From Ylistrum balloti (taxonomy: Eukaryota), in assembly GCF_031769215.1 (NCBI RefSeq), contig NW_026782404.1, positions 1 through 64,000 of the forward strand: a stretch of 64,000 nucleotides of DNA, in the 5' to 3' direction. Shown piece by piece: positions 46,702 through 58,684 of this stretch; positions within the stretch are counted from its first letter, which is position 1, and the number at the start of each line of letters is the position of its first letter. Below the pieces are notes generated by a model, which was not told where the DNA came from, searched no databases, and saw only the letters and a program-made list of their open reading frames with translations. The position numbers were made by a program, and so were the translations under genes.

Positions 46702-48018
46702 ATGAAGTTGTTTAAAAAGAACACCCTTGTTATCCTATTCGGGTTCATCCTTGTTTTCGCTATTTTGTCATACTGGTGTGTCGGACTTAGGATCGGCGTC
46801 GAAAGAACCATTAATTACTACATGTCGAACGGTCAACACAACGCCATCGTTTTTGATCAAGACATCGACTTCAAACAGAGAAATCAAGAAATGGACTCCA
46901 ATCTGAGACGTGAACCGTTGTTTCTGGTCCCAAAGGAGTCGTTCAAGCACCGCATAAAACAGGTAGAGAACCCTTATCATAGAAATTTATTCAGCGTGCA
47001 ACAATCTTTCAATCGGCGTAGCTTTTTGTTTCCGGTTGGAAATTACTCGAGATATAAAATGTGCAATAATTGTTTTATCATAAATTTTGACTTCCTCATC
47101 GAAAATGACATATGTGCAAATAAAAACTTTACACTAGTCTATCTGGTGTTTACTAAATACAGCAATATAGCCCAAAGAACGGCTCTGCGAAAGACCTGGT
47201 TATCTGACGTGAGAACATCAAAAAATCAAACATATATATTTGTAACAGGAAGAGGCCCACAAAGTGAAAACGTTCACATCGAAAACATGATCCGTGAGAA
47301 CAATGAATATAAGGATATTCTCCTTGTAGACTTTTTAGATTCGTATTCAAATTTGACATACAAAACTGTCATGGCTTTCAAATGGATTACACGTCGCTGT
47401 CCTCAGACAGAGTTTGTAATGAAAGTCGATGACGACGTCTGGGTGCATAAACCAATATTGATGATGACTCTGCGACACAAAAAATTCCGCTTCGGAGGTT
47501 ACTGTATGTTTAATTCTTCGCCTTTCAGAAACATGGACAGTAAATATTATGCGTCATATGAAAGTTTCCCAGAACGTGTATATCCTCCATTTTGCTCTGG
47601 GACTGCATATCTTACAAAAATCGATGTTATACAAAAGATATTGCTAGTATCGCCAAATGTTACATTCTTCCATCTTGAAGACGTTTACATGGCTCTCTGT
47701 CTAAGAGAACTACGCATCGGTGTTTCTACAATCAGAGGATTTAACGCCCACAAAATTCTGGCATCCAACTGCTTAAATAAATCTCCATTCGTTATAACGA
47801 GTCACGGCTTCATACCTGAAGAGATGAAACAAATATGGCAACATCAGTGCAACTTCGAGAGGCGGATGAGGAAGGGGTTATCGCACATGAAAAGACAATC
47901 CTCCCTTCGAAGGGAATGGCCGCCACATGCACGTGCATGGAACTATGTTAGAATGAATGCAAACAGCAACAAAAGTCCTCCTAAAAACTCGCTAAAAAGA
48001 CATCCAGGAAGACATTGA
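46702..48018 (+). CDS. Beta-1,3-galactosyltransferase family (CAZy GT31, B3GALT1/5-like), single coding exon, 438 aa, type II membrane protein
   Basis: N-terminal basic residues are followed by one TM segment (LVILFGFILVFAILSYW). GT31 motifs are R..LRKTW, DFLDSYSNLTYKT, MKVDDDVWV (DxD), YPPFCSGTAY and EDVYM. AATAAA is at 48350-48355. Exact donor and acceptor specificity cannot be read from the sequence. Confidence 0.92.
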   Translation: MKLFKKNTLVILFGFILVFAILSYWCVGLRIGVERTINYYMSNGQHNAIVFDQDIDFKQRNQEMDSNLRREPLFLVPKESFKHRIKQVENPYHRNLFSVQQSFNRRSFLFPVGNYSRYKMCNNCFIINFDFLIENDICANKNFTLVYLVFTKYSNIAQRTALRKTWLSDVRTSKNQTYIFVTGRGPQSENVHIENMIRENNEYKDILLVDFLDSYSNLTYKTVMAFKWITRRCPQTEFVMKVDDDVWVHKPILMMTLRHKKFRFGGYCMFNSSPFRNMDSKYYASYESFPERVYPPFCSGTAYLTKIDVIQKILLVSPNVTFFHLEDVYMALCLRELRIGVSTIRGFNAHKILASNCLNKSPFVITSHGFIPEEMKQIWQHQCNFERRMRKGLSHMKRQSSLRREWPPHARAWNYVRMNANSNKSPPKNSLKRHPGRH

Positions 48019-51000
48019 TACATACCTGCGGTGTTCCCTTCATTATGACTAGCTAGTTACACATGCATGATCATCTGCTTTTTGGCAAAAATCTGTCTGT
48101 TTCCACAAGTATTGTAGCCATTTTAATATCTTAAGACTCCAATTATTGACAATGAATATACATCAACACATGTGATTTTCACTTGAAAAAAACAACTGTT
48201 CTTTCACTTGTGAGATTAAATAGTATTTATTTGTATTTTGATACAAAGGTCTTTAAAGTGCAACAAACGAGACTTTGACATATATAACAAATCAAATTGG
48301 GACCTACATTAAAAATCACAATACTAATACAGGTACTATGGAACAGACAAATAAAAGCGAAATATTGTAACCTTACAATACACACCTGAGACCTTTAACA
48401 ATTAATAAAAAAACATTGAATACTTTGTTGTTAAAGATCAAGTATTTGTTTATATCAATATGCAACCGGTGACAATATAATTATATTTGTTTTTATTTTG
48501 GTGACTATGTGTCATGAAGAGAGGGGTTGGGGTAATTTTGATCAGTTAAATTATAAATATAGTCTATCCATCCACCATGATTCCTTGTCTTTACTTTGAT
48601 GTGTTATATTATGTAAACAACTCTACAGTACTGTAACTGTCTTTGATCTCTCAATTGAGGATATTGTTAAACTTTGTACCTTTATTATCACAACCTAGAC
48701 TAAAACATGATATTGTTATGTCCTCACCGAAAAAACATGTTTTTAAGGGAAATAAAATGAGATAGAAAAATTAACTAAGGCTTTATGGCACTAAAATGTA
48801 CAGTATACTGACACAGTATAAGGGGAAACTATCACGAAAGTTAAAATTTTCCATGTTTCTGCCTTTCACAAATGGGTCGAAGATAACAATGACATGATAT
48901 AGAAGATCATATATAAAATGTATACGTTGATGTATGGTAGAATTTAACACTGGACAAAAAAGTCCTGGGTAAAATAACACTAGGTGAATGTTTCCCTGTG
49001 TACAGTATTCAGAAAGTTTGCTGTCAAATGCACTTAGTTTATTGTTGATTTACATCATAAGGTCAAGGTAGATATAGAACTATCATCTTGTAGTTAGAGA
49101 GTGTCTCCTCTCGTTCTGTAGTTGTACATTTTGATTATAAATTGTTTGTTAAATATGCATTTGTGACATTTTTTAGAAAAAAATATATGCTATTACAATA
49201 AATAAAATGGGAAATTTTGATCTGAAGATACCATGAGGCTGACACTGCACCATGATGTACTTAATTGACATGCTAATTCATGTACCAAGTAAACATTGTT
49301 AAAGGACACAAATACAGGTAGGATATGCAAGATCAAAAGAATATATATAGGAGAAAAAGATTTAAATATTCTCACTTCAAACCATTATTAACGTATATAT
49401 ATTGTTCAAATGCAAAAGGATTTCACTTGCTAATTGTAAAAGAAAAACAAAAATGGAAAAAGAGTATGTTCTAAAATGTACCACAGGATGACTATATTGC
49501 ACACACTGATACTTGTGATCATGACACTATAATGAATTATTTCAAATAGTAGATATATAAAAGTAGGTATGTAAAAAAGATAATTTCAATATAAATTCAA
49601 ACATACCGATACTTTCTGTGTTGATAATGTTTTTGAGTACAGATTTTTACATCATTGAATATCTATTATTACTAAAACAGAATATTTTGAAAAATGAAAA
49701 CTGATAGCACTGCAAGATGTACAGACAGTGTATAAAAAACCAAGTTCCAGATCGCAATTCAAGCAAATCATAAATATTCACAACATTCACTTACAGCACA
49801 AAAAATACATTGTCACTCAAAGTACACATATTACAATCTACATGTACATGATGTACATGTGATGTTGGATATTACGAGAAATTTCATGAAAGTAGTAAAT
49901 CTATTTACTCTATGATTTGAAACCCAATGAAGATTTTTGAAATAATAAATACAAATTACATTTTATCGTTCAGTTAAATGCTCGTTGATATTAAATATAC
50001 TGACTAGCAATACTGTTGTTCATATTATAGTGTACTTGAATAGGACATTGAATATCATACTGATTTTACCAAAATACAAACAAATCTAAATTATAATTTT
50101 GAAAAGGTGTGATTTCCAGGGGAGTTCAGTTTTAACTTTTAAATGGCATTCTATAGAATTTAACTTGATATGAATTTAAATATCAACATTCTAATGTTAA
50201 CAACAGATCTCTATATGAACAGAAAGAGCTAACACTGAAATTCAAACTAAACTGACTCGTACAAGCACTTCTCTTTTAAAACATATATCCATACCAATCT
50301 GTAGTGCATACACAAAGCTTTACATATAAACTCCTTCAATAAAGCATAAATCTGTAGCAAAACACACAAATTTACTTGCAATACAACATAACATGTTTCC
50401 TTCTATGTCAATCAATATGTAGATTGAGCAATCAAGACCTACCAAAGCAAAAATATAGTACACCACATTGTTTCTTAATTATAAAGAAATTTTCAAATTT
50501 CAGAAAATCCGCTAATCCCTCTCTTTCCTTTTCCTATAGTACTAAGTGCCTGTCATATTACATTTCAAGTCAAATTAAATAGAACCAGTATCTATTAAGG
50601 CACAGAAATTCTTTGGCATGACAATAAGTTGACTAACATTTAACAGATGCTGACTGACACATCTGTGAGAAAAATGAATACTGTATATGGTAATCATTAA
50701 TTATTGTGGGAGTTTTATTTTTATTAAACTTGAAGGTACTCTTTATTCATAAATTCAAATATTTCCACAAAATATTAAATTTGACATACATTATTAGTAT
50801 CTGGAATTAACAGGAGGTCTACTTATCCATGAAATCATGCGTCTACATTTTTTGAATCGTGATATCTGAGCCCCACCAAAAATATGTGATTTCACAGTAA
50901 AACTTTACCTAGATTTAATAAAAAGATGTATAGCTAGTTTATACCAGTTTTCACATCTCCATCACATGGATATAATCCTATAGCTGAATCTTCTGAAATA

Positions 51001-52164
51001 CCAATATGTAACAGACAGATTAGGACTGAAAATGCTAGATATATACCAATAGTAAAAACAAAAATATACACATTAACATTGAACAGGGGAAACAATAAAT
51101 TCAATTGTGTATTCTATATTCAATAAACAGATGTAATGATAAAAATACTTACACCATCACTTAGAAAATCATAACCAAATATGTTCCTATTGATAGAATT
51201 TATAAAAGTTCATTCCAGACCATCAATTTCTTCAGGATGCAGTTTTTGGCAACACCAATAATTCATGACAGGTTTTCCTTCGAACACATTTACAAATTTT
51301 TAACTGTTTATGTCTTTAGTCCATGAGCAATTCTAACAGTGCATCTGACCTCATCTATCAGAGTTTTTATAAGACTCATTCAATGTCTGTTTCATAAGTT
51401 TGAACAGAAACTCAGACTTTCATATGAAGCATCTATTGCAATTTTTATTTCAACAATTCCACCAGATTTTTCAAAAATATTAAAGAAGTATAATTTTGGG
51501 ACATCTATTAAGCCTTAATAGTCACCCGAGTCCAAATATAGTCATAGCTGTTTTTGTTGTAAACTGCTATTTTATAATAAAATCAAATATACTCCAAAGT
51601 ATATATTTCTCTTTACATGAAACTAGTCCCTCTGGGTTATTGAGCTTACTTAATTCTAAGTAATACATACTTTTGATAAACAATCTTTTTCATCGTCATA
51701 TATGAAAACTGCAAAATTGTATCAAAATCACTGTAACATTTTTTAAAAGTCAGAAATGTGAAAATGTTATCGGGCAATGGACAACATATGGTGCATGACG
51801 CTGAGCTTTGCTTAGCCAACCGAAAAAGGCATTATTTTCTAGAACAACTTATTGAATGACACATTTTGGATGAAAACTATTATTATTTACCTGAAAATAA
51901 ACCCATGTCTGGTATTTAAATAGAAATGCCAACAAACATAGCCCTGTAATTACAGTATGCCCATTCCTCTGACTTACTGGCTACATTAATGTGTTGACCA
52001 CCAGGCTGACTGCAGGATAAACATCTAGCAAATCTCATTGTATTCACCTCCATTCTTCACACAAGACAATTCAAATTCTTTCAAACCATAACAACTCAAT
52101 TTCCCAGTTACATATGTCGCAATCTTCACAGAAAATCCATGTCATTTACTTCACATCCAGACAA

Positions 52165-55100
52165 TTAGTTTGAGACCAGAACATAGATCATGCTGAAAAG
52201 AAAACAGACCAAGTAAGATAGGGTTCAATGCTGTTAAGGCCTGGGTTCTAATTTGAAGAAAATTAGGTTTTGCCAGATTTTGATCAAATTATATACTGTA
52301 AACCTTCAGTCACTTCGAAAAAAATGAATTAAACATTATTAAACCTGTTTGAATTATACGAAACTATGGGAGTGAAAGGTGGGGAGTTAATTATAGTATT
52401 ATTATTATCTTTTGAAACACTTACTTTATTACAATACATGTTAATGACTGTTAAGAAATCAAAGGTTTCGAAACCAGTTCGTAAAAATTGCATTTCTGTT
52501 TGTGTATCAACGAAAGTTTACACTGACATATCAGTATGCAGAGAGTGTGGATTGAGACTTAATATGATTACTGTTTGTTAAAATCTTTATAAATCTTACA
52601 ATTATTGAGAAAGTCTTGAATGATTATCTTATCAAAATGTGACAAAGGCAGCCTTCATAGAGACAAAAAATTAATATTGTATAATTTCATTCTTTAGCAT
52701 ACAAGAATATTAGCACATTATAAACTCTTCTTCTGATTGTGAAATGTATTGCCATTGAATGGCAACTGGTTGCTTGAAATTTTAAAATTGGTCGCTGAAT
52801 TTCAGTTTCAATAAAATGTTCTAAATACACCTCTCCATCAGTCATCTTCAACATTTCTGTTTATTTCATAATACTTATAACTAAAAGCCTGATGAAACAT
52901 CTGGAATATTTTATTGTAAGTCATAAGACAAGAGGCCCTATGGACCTGCAATACTCACCTGATATATATATATATATATAATGAAAATATCAACAGCTCA
53001 ATGTCCGGTTCAAATATATATATATATATATATACCAACCAAACCATGTTGCTAAGCCTTTTAGTTCATGAGAAAAAGTGGTTTAAAGTTTTTAACAAAT
53101 TTGATCCCTGTGACCATTAATATGAGCCAAGGTCAATTCTTTTTGCAAACTTTGTCTGGCTTTTATTCTAGGAACCAACCAGCCTAATATCTTGCTTCTA
53201 TGCCTTTTAGTTTATGAGAAGAAGTCATTTAAATGGTTTAACAAATTTGACCCATGTGACCTTAAACATGCCCTTTGGGCCAGGTGAGCTAAAAACTTAC
53301 CTGTAGAGATAGTAGAAGAAAGAGATCAGGTAGAATGCTAATTTAACCCATCCTTCCTTTTGAGCTCGACTAAGTTGATCTGCATTCATGATAGTAGTAG
53401 GATCATACAAGCCAGGCCCTGACATGATCGGCCGATGTATGTACCTGTCAATAGGTGATGATAAAGTTACTCATGGCATCTTATCTGCCCTTCAAGCTTA
53501 GCTTCAATAAAGCATTCATGATTTCATAAAATTTATTTCATGTAAGAATATCAAGAGGTGACTCACAGTTAATTTGCAAACATGAAAACAGGCTGTCATC
53601 TCTTTTTTGTTTGATACCTCAATGTGCATTGCAATAAAATGTAATCGATACACATTGCTGAATAAAGAATGACATTTACATAAAGTTTTGTACATCCTGT
53701 TTTGTTGTGGCTTTATTTGTACTACCGGTTCATTATTTAATTATCTTTATATCAACAAAAGAACGTTTGTTTTCCTTGCTCAGAGTATTAAGAAAATTTG
53801 TCAAATATATCTGTAGTGCAAATCAACTTCAAGATAAATTTTTATAAAAAAACCATCAAAACATTTTACCTTCTGATGTGATAAGTTATGAGAGGTACAT
53901 TGAGAATGACAGTTTTCCACTGCATGGCAAACATAAACATCACCGTAAAGAATATGTGTATAAAGTATTCTGGTAACACCAACTGAAATGAAAAGATGTA
54001 TGTGTTATTACTTGGTAAGTATATAGCAACATTTCTCTGAATAACTTGTTGTCCACAATGTCAAATGAAAACTTTTTAAAAGGACAAATCTCTCAATAAT
54101 AATTATGTATTCAATTGAATTAAGTATGGTTGCATGACTTACCGGGTTTAAACTGCTACACTGATCAACTGGATTCTTGTAGTCTGTTTTTAATTCATCA
54201 AATGCTATAATCTGAAATCAAAGATATGTTCAAATATTGATTTATTTCCAATAAATGTTCAAATAATGACATACTTTCAATTTCTAATTATAAATTACTC
54301 CCATTACTATAGTGAATCACTAATGGCAATATCATTTTTACACAAACATGTATTTGTAACAACAATTCTTCAACAGTTTAGCAATCCTGAAGTTTCCATC
54401 GAATACAGTTTTCAAGCTCAATTTTGAAATGACTGCCATCTCCTAAGCATTCACTTTCATATTGAAAACTTTTGCAAGACCTTGTAACAACAGCCATTTT
54501 CAAAAAGAGATATCAGAGAAATCTAATAGTCTTTGCTCTTTATTTGGTCTTAACATTTTTATCTTTATATCCCTTTTTCTTCTGTTCTTTTGCTATTTAT
54601 GATAAGAAATTGAAAATTTCTCCTAAGAAATAGTGATAAAAATCTTCAACTGTCAAAATCAAAGATGGAAGCCTATCAGTGATTTTAATTTCCTTATCGG
54701 TCCTTAAAGTAACAGAGTTCAAGTAAGACCTACATCTGCAATATGAGATAATGCTCCGTCATGTAATTCTAAACAAATAGTGATAACAACTATATGTGTT
54801 TAAATCCATTAATATTTCAAACGATCATGCATTACAGTAACGAATTATTTGCTTAAAACAAAAATGCATGTCTATTTTGCACAACTTGTCAAGGGGTCCG
54901 AAACTGATGCACCAAGTATATGTCAAAACAGCAATCAAACAAAACCTATAGTAGTGGGATCGAGTTAGAAGGCGGAGACTTCAATTCAATTTTCGTTTTT
55001 ATGAACGATATGTGATTCCCCTCTCCTCCATTAATTTCAGCGAGAAATGAAGGATGCGAATGTTTTAAAGAACTGTCATCTCAATGACAGTGGAACTCGT

Positions 55101-55275
55101 GTTTGATAATGACAGAGTTCGATGGTCAACTGAAGTATGTCGTTATGTAATGGCGTATACAATTAGCTTCAAACTGTTCTAATATTATACTTACGTGAAA
55201 TATTGCGAAAAAAATCAGCACTGCTGATAAAATTAGGGCCAAAATGTAGCAAAATGCCGCAAATGTGAACGCCAT
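52165..55275 (-). CDS. CNIH1: Protein cornichon homolog (ER cargo receptor), 5 exons, 144 aa
   Basis: Exons 55195-55275, 54143-54211, 53870-53982, 53301-53444 and 52165-52192 are all GT-AG; total 435 nt. The protein is [59 protein letters not shown]...[56 protein letters not shown], which closely matches CNIH1/cornichon as I recall it. Confidence 0.97.
52928..53295 (-). mobile_element. Non-autonomous Helentron-associated element (HINE/DINE-1-like), apparently complete
   Basis: On the minus strand it starts TTTTTAGCTCACCTG followed by the hairpin GCCC-AAA-GGGC and ends CAGGTGAG...GGTCCATAGGGCC-TCTTGT. CTCACCTG/CAGGTGAG form subterminal inverted repeats. Internally there are (TA)n microsatellites and two AACAAATTTGA.CC.TGTGACC repeats. 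Lies in cornichon intron 4. Confidence 0.75.
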
Positions 55276-55283
55276 TGTTGGAG

Positions 55284-55290
55284 CGGAAGT
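55284..55290 (+). promoter_or_regulatory. ETS-type motif CGGAAGT immediately upstream of the cornichon ATG
   Basis: It lies 9-15 nt upstream of the minus-strand ATG. Such motifs are typical of TATA-less housekeeping promoters, but this is a motif match only. Confidence 0.35.
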
Positions 55291-55691
55291 GACCTGTGAC
55301 AAAAATGTACAAACCGAAGACGGTTGTCATCATATCCGGACTTTTGCAAGAGTTTGTCATTCTATCGGATATACATATGAAATATTAGTACTATGTCCTG
55401 CCCATTTTATTACAAATGAAAAAGTGTAATATCTACAGATTTCACTATTGCATATCACAAGGTTAGACCTTATGCATAAAATGCGGATTTATCCTAGCAT
55501 TACATATTCTTTGAAGAATAAGCTGAATTCCGAATGTTAATAATTCAATGTGGTAACCTTTTCTGAGTTTTTCACATCTTTAGGGCGAATTTTCCATATA
55601 CCAAGGTTTGATCTATACCTAAAACAATCAAATTTTATTAAACGCTGTCATAAATGTAATCCTCATCACTGTCTTATTGATAATCACTAAA

Positions 55692-56355
55692 AACAAGTTT
55701 CCCAATGGACCTGAACTGCTCACCTGTTCTGCAGCTTAAAATCTGCATGCATGAAAAGTCATACCTCCAGAATGTTACTACATAAATACCATGACACGGC
55801 CTATTGATTGTTATAAAGTAGTTCTTAAGTTCTAAACACACTTGAAACCAGTGACCTTGAAGAGACAGTCAAACTTTCAAAAATACTTCTTTGTCAGACA
55901 AAAGGTGTTGGAAAAACAAAACAATAAAATCAACTACTTATTCATTAGTTTGGAAGACTGACCTGTGAAACCATAGAGCACTCTATATACGAGATGTATG
56001 ATGTATCTGGCATTAATTCAGACAAGATCTGAATGCATTCTTCATATCTGTTTATATATTCATATCTAACGATTTAATCACATTTGACCTATGTGACTTT
56101 GAAAATTGGTCAAGGTTATTTGTTGGAACAAACTTTGAGGCGCTTCATTGCAGCATACTACAGAACCATTATCACTACACTGAGCCTGTTCATTATTTAG
56201 AATTTGTTTGAAGATGTTAAGATATTTTAACCTGTGACCTTGAAAGCAAATTTGGTAGCTCTTCTTTCCAGCATGTTATGGGTCCAATATCAGTTGTTTA
56301 AAGGATAGATGCTGGTCACAGCTTATGTTAACATCCCTTTAAGCAGGAGAGCTTA
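55692..56355 (-). mobile_element. Diverged HINE-like element upstream of cornichon
   Basis: One terminus is AACAAG..CCCAATGGACCTG...CTCACCTG and the other is CAGGAGAGCT (cf. CAGGTGAGCT). Internal TTTGACCTATGTGAC / TGTGACCTTGAA units are shared with the 52928 copy. Confidence 0.65.
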
Positions 56356-58684
56356 TATTGATAAAAATAAATATCCCTCCTGATTTAGTACCTGGTAACT
56401 CACACATGTGGAAATCTGTGCTTTGAATACTTTGACCAAAATCACACATTTAAAAAAAAGATACATTATGTCCATCGTTTGCCTGTTTAATCATAGCACA
56501 GACTGATTCAAGCAAGGGAAAATTGCTAACCTCTACATTAAATGGTTTGACAGAAGGTTCTTGTTCCAGCGTTATTTAAAGGAGATATATAACAAAAAGA
56601 CATTTCTAGTGCACTTGTACTATAGGCAGAGGTGAAGTCTGCACTGCAATGCACTTATTAGAAAACTGACTGACAGCATGCACTTTAATTTATCATGTTA
56701 GTTTCTTTTGAGAACTGATTTCAAATAAAATAAACTACATGCATCGGTGCAACATGAAAACTTGATTATCAATAAACAACCCTGAACCAATTTTAAATAA
56801 ATTTTGCAGAAACTTTCCAAAGCCAAAAGTGAATCAAATGTAAATCATATGAACTCTACCATCATCATCGGATCCCTATCTTGAGAATCTGAAATGAAGA
56901 GTGTTTTTTGTTGTTGCCTATATTGCCAAAATATTTGAAACTCTTTTTAATATTTAAGAACTGTTCCTACTTCTACAACTGGAACAATATATATAGGCAT
57001 TTATAGCAAGATAACTGCTAAAGCAACACATGGTCCTTTTGTCTCTATTCTAGATGATGATGTGAGAAACAAGCTATTCTCTGAGAGTCCGGTTTGTATG
57101 ACATGAAAATGATAACACAAGAGACAAATTTCTGTGTCAACAAGGAATTAAGTAACCATTCAATCAGTGGAAACCAAGTGGGAAATATTTACTATGAGCC
57201 TATTAATGATGCTAAAGGATCCGGATATCTTGCGCTTGTTATCGTCCCCATGTGTCGGTTATCTTTATCTCCAGTAGAGAGTGGGGATTATAGCTTCAGT
57301 TCACAAAGTGAGGAAAATAAGGTTTAGTACAATATTTCATTCTGACACATTACTTATGTGTATTTTAGTGCAGATCAAATTAGATGTAGAATTAATCAAT
57401 GTAGCATCTATAAGTATATTACATTCCAGTAGATGGATATGTAGCAAACACTGACACAACAAACATGTTAAAATAAATAGGTTTTATTTTCCATTGAGTT
57501 TCATTTATGAAACTTGGCAAATGATACATAAATCGGAATACTCAACATTGGAAATTTGTACAAACAGTAAAATACCCAACATTGGAAATATATTGATTGG
57601 TCATGACAATTACAGTAAGTTTTGAAAGTTTTATTAACATGTAATGCAACTACATTATTTGTAATAGTTAAGATGATATTCATTATGTTGATAGCATGAA
57701 CACATTATACATGTATTGTGTAATTTAAAATGGTTACCAATCTGGCAAAAAATATTTGTATTCTCCAAAATCTACTCTCAGAATTGATTTGTTCCAGAAG
57801 GTAAACCTAGTGGGACCAATGAATCTGTTACAATGTAATTGTCCAACATTATTTATCCTCATGGTCCTTCTTTATGCAGGTGAATACACACACTATTTAC
57901 CAAATGATGTGATATTTTGAAAGATGTGGACACCACAGTATATGACATTTGCAAATTTACATTGAAGTTGAATATCTGTCTGATATTACATTCTTCAGTG
58001 CTAATGATGTTGTAAATTAGAACAAACTTCCATAAATACAAAGGAGTTGAAATTACAACACAACAGGTAAAACAGTTAAACAGTATACGTGTCTTTTGAA
58101 ATATTTTGTTTGTATGTATTGATGCACATGTATTACCATATTGAACTGACATGAATGACTCAAAGTAACTTTGAAACCTTCTTCATTATCTAGAATCACT
58201 AACTTACACCATATTTCATTTGACTTCACACATGTACACATGTTCTGTTCCTTACTGTAAAGCCAGGAACACACACCAGTCACACCATATCACATCTATA
58301 ATGTTGCACAGGGGCCAGAAACAAAGTAAATGAATATGAACATCTGTACACTGTATATTGACATCACTATAGGTCTGCTTTATTAATAACCTAAGGGAGA
58401 CAGAACTTCTGTATCACTCTCTAACCAACAGGATGGTTTTCTTCAATTAGAACACTGTATGAAACAGAATCTGTCAGTTGCACTACTCCCATACATATGA
58501 GTGAAATAATCCAGTCTGAGACTCCCTTGACCCTCTCACAGCAATCAGAGGATGGTGTCTCCATAGTATTAGGTAGAATTCAAATAGTCATAACTCATGA
58601 TTTTGTCACCATCCAACTGATACAGACTTTTGCAATAATCAACATGGCGAACTGAGGGTATTAATAAAGTAATTTAAAGTTGTC

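Noticed and set aside
46702-48018. Transferase as a recent retrocopy because it lacks introns
   Set aside because: Single coding exons are normal for B3GALT-type GT31 genes, and no poly(A) tract or target-site duplication is visible.
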